This document shows, piece after piece, positions 63,732 to 64,000 of a stretch of 64,000 bases of DNA. Source of the stretch: an uncultured Verrucomicrobiae bacterium (GTDB taxonomy: Bacteria; Verrucomicrobiota; Verrucomicrobiia; Chthoniobacterales; JAFAMB01); contig CAVXLD010000005.1 of assembly GCA_963762565.1 (NCBI GenBank), positions 288,001 through 352,000 of the forward strand, given 5' to 3'. A program made the translations under genes and the position numbers. Numbering within the stretch: the stretch's first letter is position 1; each line of letters begins with the position of its first letter. Below the pieces are notes generated by a model. The model searched no databases, was not told where the DNA came from, and saw only the letters and a program-made list of their open reading frames with translations.

Positions 63732-63935
63732 CGCCTGGAGGGGAGCCGCTTTGGCACGCTCTTGATGATCTTGCCAGGTTCGTGTCAGAACGTGCCAGGC
63801 TAAAAGGCGTGATAGCAGGCGGCTCCTGGGAGTTACCCAGCGTGGCGTTTTGCCCGGGACCTCGCATCGTCTTTCCCGGTTCGGCGATCATTGTGGAGTT
63901 GCAGACCACTGGGCGGCTCCCGCGAGCCGCCTGTT
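63732..63935. repeat. GGAGCCGCTTTGG-family element, partial
   Basis: cgcctggaggggagccgctttggc and inner ggcggctcc motifs; right arm not seen before the window end. Confidence 0.65.
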
Positions 63936-64000
63936 TAACCCATTTTGTATGCTACACGACGCCCAGGAACGAACTTCGCGCGCTTCGTAAGCTACGGCGT

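Noticed and set aside
13734..63935. CRISPR array interpretation of the dispersed repeats
   Set aside because: No regularly spaced direct repeats with unique spacers and no cas genes; the repeats are inverted pairs or short tandem arrays

Overview
Bacterial chromosomal DNA. The gene content and intergenic repeat style suggest a soil Verrucomicrobiota (Chthoniobacterales-like) genome; this is an inference. At least seven genes carry indels, mostly in homopolymer or dinucleotide runs, which points to a long-read assembly with residual errors. (1) 1-10.7 kb is an accessory region at the 3' side of a tRNA-Gln(CTG). It holds a RAYT/Y1-HUH transposase bounded by 30-bp terminal inverted repeats, whose HUH-motif segment is inverted in place. 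It also holds orphan ends and palindromic derivatives of such elements, an IS1182-family element inserted into one palindrome, genes truncated at these repeats (C1A peptidase, ClpP-like fragment) and candidate nuclease/defence genes. (2) 11-48 kb is mostly metabolic: a LolA/acyltransferase/lipoprotein operon, dhaKLM with a DhaM-HPr-EI fusion, TetR plus FdhF/YdeP oxidoreductase and OFA transporter, an ECF sigma/anti-sigma pair, araFGH with DUF5107-TPR and AraC, an ArsR/hydrolase/ABM/NIPSNAP cluster, LysR and a GNAT. (3) 49.4-56.7 kb is a complete but rearranged Nit1C (MSMEG_0567-0572/sll0783-0787) nitrilase cluster with an embedded LacI regulator. (4) The window ends with a membrane-anchored STAND-NTPase-TPR protein and a sugar ABC transporter. 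Many intergenic spaces from 11 kb on contain nested palindromic elements and inverted arrays of 7-9-nt tandem repeats, and these arrays supply the stop codons of at least nine genes.
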